A stretch of DNA of 64,000 bases. It comes from Chiloscyllium plagiosum. Lineage: Eukaryota. This document shows, piece after piece, positions 59,913 to 64,000 of the stretch. The first letter of the stretch is position 1. Every line of letters begins with the position of its first letter. Where the stretch lies: contig NC_057754.1 of NCBI RefSeq assembly GCF_004010195.1, positions 5,100,220-5,164,219 of the forward strand. The letters run 5' to 3'. The notes below the pieces were generated by a model. That model saw nothing but the letters and a program-made list of their open reading frames with translations. It made no database searches and had not been told where the DNA came from. Both the position numbers and the translations under genes were made by a program.

Positions 59913-61394
59913 GCAGGAAGGCATCTTTGGACAGCCACCAGAGGAATGCCTTTTAAACAGAATACAAACAAAAGCTCAGGATCTTCCAACAGATTAGTAA
60001 CACCCGAACCTGAAAGAACTGTGCCAACACTCGAAAAACAAGGGAAATTAAGGGGTCAATTAAAATGAATGATCAAAAAAAAATAAACATTTACTGATAT
60101 TCTTCCCAGATTCATTTGTTTTTTTTAAACAAGTCTCACTCATTGACACAAGGTAGATGCCGACAAAGTTACAAAATTTAAGACATTTGAATTTTACATG
60201 AATAGGAAAGGTTTAGAGAGATATGAAACAAATGCAAGCAAATGGGATTAGGTTAGTTTGGGAAAATTGGTCAGCATAGATTAGTCGGACTGAGGGATCT
60301 GTTTCCATTCTGTATGGCTTTAGGAGATAATGAGGACTATAGATGCTGGTAAGTCAGAGTCGATAAAACGTGTGGAACTGGAAAAAGCAAAGCTGGTCAA
60401 GCAGCATCAGAGAAGCAGGGGCCTTGACTTTTCAGGTCAGAAGCTTTCATCAGGACTGCCCAGTCTTAATGAAAGGTTCCGATCTGAAACATCAATCCCC
60501 TGCTTCTATGCTTCACCTACTGTGCTTTTTCCAGCTCCACACTTTATCCATTCATATGACTTTATGGAGGTCACTTATCCATGTATCTAGAGGATTTGGG
60601 GGTCTTTCTACACATATGATAAAAAGCTAGCATTCACATTGAGAGGTAATAGAGAAGGCAAAGAGAGCCTATTAGCCTGTATTTCAAAGGAAATGGAGTT
60701 CAGTATATAAATAAAACTATAAAGGCACTATTTAGAGTACAGCTGGAATACTGTGAACAATTTTTGGTCCCTTATCTAAAGGGAATATGTACTGGCATTG
60801 GAGGCCATTCAGAGAAGGGTCATAAGTTGATCCTGAGTATGGAAGAACTATCTTGCGAGGAGAGGCTTAGCAGATTGGACCTGCACATTGGGGGAATGAG
60901 ATGTAACCCTATTCAAACAGGCAAGATTCTTATGGGCTTGACACGTAGATGCTGAGAGGTCACTTCTCCTTAGGTGAGGATCTAGGGTTGGAAAACAAAG
61001 GGATTGCCTACTTAAGGTAAAAATGAGAAGAAAGATCTTCTCTCAGAAGGTACTGCATGCATGAATTTCTTTGCTGCAAGAAGGCTAGGGTGTCAGCAGT
61101 GTTTTCCTTTTTTTAATCCTTCTGCGCAGTCTGTGCATGCAGCTCAGTGGGAATATTGGCCATTAAAGTACATTGAAGGCTGAGACTGATTTTTAAAGTG
61201 GGGTTGAGGATTATCAGATCAGGCATGTTCCCATTGAATGATGGGGTAAACACAAGCAGCTGAACGGCCTACTTCAGCAAGAACTCGCAGATGGAGTTTC
61301 TCAATAAAGTGGAAGACTGGAAAATGAGATTGACGATTATCAGTTCAGGCACAAACCCACTGAATTTGTGGCAAAAATAAATGGGCTGTAGGGC

Positions 61395-61622
61395 TGCATG
61401 GTGGCTCAGTGGTTAGCACTGCTGCCTCACAGTGCCAGGGACCCAGGTTTGAATCCAGCTTCGGGTAGCCGTCTGAATGGAGTTTGCACATTCTCCCCGT
61501 GTCAGTATGGGTTTCCTCCGGGTACTCCAGTTTGTGAATTGGCCATGCTGAATTGCATAGTGTTCAGGGATGTGTTAGTCAGGCGTAAATGTAGAATAAT
61601 AGGGTAGGGGAAATGGGTCTGG
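61395..61622 (+). mobile_element. HE1-type V-SINE
   Basis: Consensus match. Confidence 0.8.
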
Positions 61623-61851
61623 GAGTCAAAGAGATGGACAGCACAGAAACAAACCCTTTGGTCCAACTCATCCATGCCAACCAGATATCCTAATCTAATG
61701 TAGTCGCATTTGCCAGCACTTGGCCCATATCACTCCAAACCCTTCCTATTTATATACCCAGAATTGCTCTTTGCAAGGTCAGTACAGACTTGTTGAGTCA
61801 AATTGTGCAGGTCAGGTGAACTGGCTATTCTAAATTGCCCATAGTGTTAAG

Positions 61852-62455
61852 TGGGCAAAAGTGAGGACTGCAGATGCTGGAAACCAGGGTTTAGATTAGA
61901 GTGGTGCTGGAAAAAGCACAGCAGGTCGGGCAGCATCCTAGGAGCAGGAAAATCGACGTTTCAGGCTAAAGCCCTTCATGAAGAATGGAGGCGAGGCCAC
62001 GGGTTGGTGGGGTTGATTGGTGCGGCAGTCCTGGAGATGTCCCTAAAGCGCTCTGCGAGGAGGCAGTCTCCCCAATGTACAGGAGACCGCATCGGGAACA
62101 ACGGATACAATAAATGACATTGGTGGATGTGCAGGTGAAACTTTGATGGATATGGATGGAGGTAAGGGCGCAGGATTTGCAATTCCTGTGGTGGGTTAGG
62201 GTTGGAGGGGTGGGGTCTGAGAGTAGAGGTGCAGGATGTGGATGAGATGCATTGGAGGGCATCGTTAGCCACGTGGGAAGGGAAATTGCGGTCTCTAAAG
62301 AAGGAGGCCATCTGATGTGTTCTGTGGTGGAACTGGTACTCCTGGGAGCAGATACAGCAGAGGCAGATGAATTGGGAATACGGGATGGCATTTTTGCAGG
62401 AGGTAGGGTGGGAAGAGGTGTAATTCAGGCAGCTGTGGGTGTCGGTGGGTTTGTA
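61852..62455 (-). mobile_element. Penelope-like retroelement 3' fragment (GIY-YIG endonuclease) nested in a SINE 3' half
   Basis: ORF 61966..62391 reads FTCTSTNVIYCIRCSRCGLLYIGET (GIY-YIG with CxxC), followed by the family-A terminus. Confidence 0.88.
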
Positions 62456-63289
62456 AGTACATTAGTCAGGGGTAAATACAGAGTAGGGGGAATGGGTCTG
62501 GGTGGGTTACTCTTCAAAGGGTCAGTGTGGACTTGTCAGGCCAAAGGGCCTGTTTCGACACTGTAGGGACTCTAATCTAAAAAAAATTGGCCTGTTTCCA
62601 CACTGTCAGGATTCTATGACTCAATGAAAACAGAAAATGCGAGATAAACTCAGCAGATCTGGCAATGTCTGATGAAGGGCTTTTGCCCAAAATGTCGATT
62701 TTCCTGCTCCTCGGATGCTGCCTGAACTGCTGTGCTTTTCCAGCACCACTCTAATCCAGAATCTGTTTTCCAGCATCTGCAGTCGCTGTGTTTACCCAAT
62801 GTCTCTGGAGAGAAAGCAAGAGGTCAGGGCTTTTTTCCTGGAGGATCACCAGACCGCAAGTCTGCTTTCTCTCCACAGGTGCTGCCAAACCTGCTGAGTT
62901 TCGCCAGCAACTTCTGCTTCTCTTTCGGATTTCCAGCAACGCGGTTCTTTATGCTGGGCTTAGCATCCCATTGAACTGTGCAGCAGTCTCAGCGGCAAAT
63001 GTGGGGACTGCAGATGCTGGAAACCAGAGTTTAGATCAGAGTGGTGCTGGAAAAGCACAGCAGGTCAGGCAGCATCCGAGCAGCAGTCTCAATGGGCTGA
63101 ACGGCCGTAGGTCTGATCACATTCTTGTTGGGGTGGGGGAATCAGGGCCGTGCTCTGTTTATTTTTTTTTCTTGCATACACTCCTGCAGCTTTTGCTCAA
63201 GTAGATTCAACACCAGGTCCCCGTGGAGCAGGAACCAACACTCCCAGACACGTTGGGGTTTGCACAACTCAACCAAACCTGCCCCCCCG

Positions 63290-64000
63290 GGAATGGGGAC
63301 CCACGTGGCGTCGGCAACCGATTTGATTGACAGCCGGGAAGCCAGCAGCCAATCGAACGGCGCCTCCTCCGCCCCGGCGACCAATCACCGGCGCAGCCCG
63401 TGCGCGTGACACAAAAATAAACACGTTGGCCCTTCTCCTCCCCCCCCCCACCGTCTCCATTTATTGTTTATAAAACACATTCTGAGAATTCTTAACTTGA
63501 TTTGTTGCAGATATTCATTTATGGAAGAGAGAGAAAAAAAAATCAAACGTTTAAACTTCGCAGAGGAACGGTTTAAACGGAAATATTTTTACTTACACGT
63601 CCACGCAAACAAAAATAGAAGAATGAAATTTCCACGCTTACCGACGAAGTGTATTGCCTTTCCCCTCTGGTTCTTTTTTGACAGAATTGGGGATTCAAAC
63701 GTTTATTTTTATCGCAATTAGCACCGCCTCTCCTCCGGCACCAGCTTGGACCCTTTTCGATTTTCTCGCTCGCGCCCCCTCCTGCCGCCGCGCGCTGATT
63801 GGGTGACGTCACGGGCACCTCGCCCCACCCCCCACCGAACCGCGTCAGCCGCCCCGCCCATCGCGCGGGCGGTGCTCAGGCTCTCGGTCGGTGATTGGGC
63901 AGGGGCTTCCCACACCCGCCCCGCCCCGCCCCCTCCCCGGGCACTTCCGCCCTCTCAGGGGCGAGGGCTCGGTTGCACGACAGTCCCGCCCCCTCCCCGA
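63290..64000. promoter_or_regulatory. CpG-island promoter region (CENPF-like; possibly shared with a divergent gene)
   Basis: CCAAT at 63349 and 63381; ATTGG at 63798 and 63894; E-box CACGTG at 63302; CRE TGACGTCA 63804..63811; GC boxes about 63850-63935; ETS CACTTCCG 63942; TTTGAA (minus) 63699..63694; donor CG|GTAAGC at 63642. Confidence 0.75.

Noticed and set aside
11620..61622. tRNA-like A/B boxes at many positions
   Set aside because: They are heads of HE1-type SINEs continuing into the V-domain and LINE tail, not tRNA genes.
1..64000. CRISPR arrays, prokaryotic operons or defence systems
   Set aside because: The sequence is vertebrate, with spliceosomal introns; the repeats are dispersed transposons, not repeat-spacer arrays.

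Overview
This is eukaryotic genomic DNA, very likely a cartilaginous fish (shark), judging by HE1-type V-SINEs, CR1/HER1-like LINEs and Deu-domain SINEs. Two spliced genes lie on the minus strand. (1) RBM4/lark-like: three coding exons (14913..14809, 9994..9688, 6031..5457; 328 aa with 2 RRMs and a CCHC knuckle), a 3'UTR intron 7 nt after the stop, and a CCAAT/YY1 promoter near 15.0-15.2 kb. (2) A CENPF-like gene: 14 coding exons from ATG 58538 to TAG 21730, all GT-AG and phase-compatible, about 1791 aa. This is little more than half the length of human CENP-F. It keeps the N-terminal domain and the C-terminal GLPDVVQKGFADIP (Miro/Rb-binding) motif. It appears to have lost the kinetochore cysteine, the bipartite NLS, the last KEN box and the CAAX tail, because a TAG sits exactly at a splice donor. 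Its position beside RBM4 suggests a retained whole-genome-duplication paralogue rather than the CENPF orthologue. A CpG-rich promoter occupies about 63.3-64.0 kb. Introns are rich in repeats: SINEs, CR1 LINE fragments, an inverted pair of Gypsy 3' ends, Tigger-like MITEs and many Penelope-like element termini. At least three families of these termini carry minimal hammerhead-ribozyme cores, often in inverted pairs. Exon models were built by eye, and comparisons to human proteins are from memory and need alignment.
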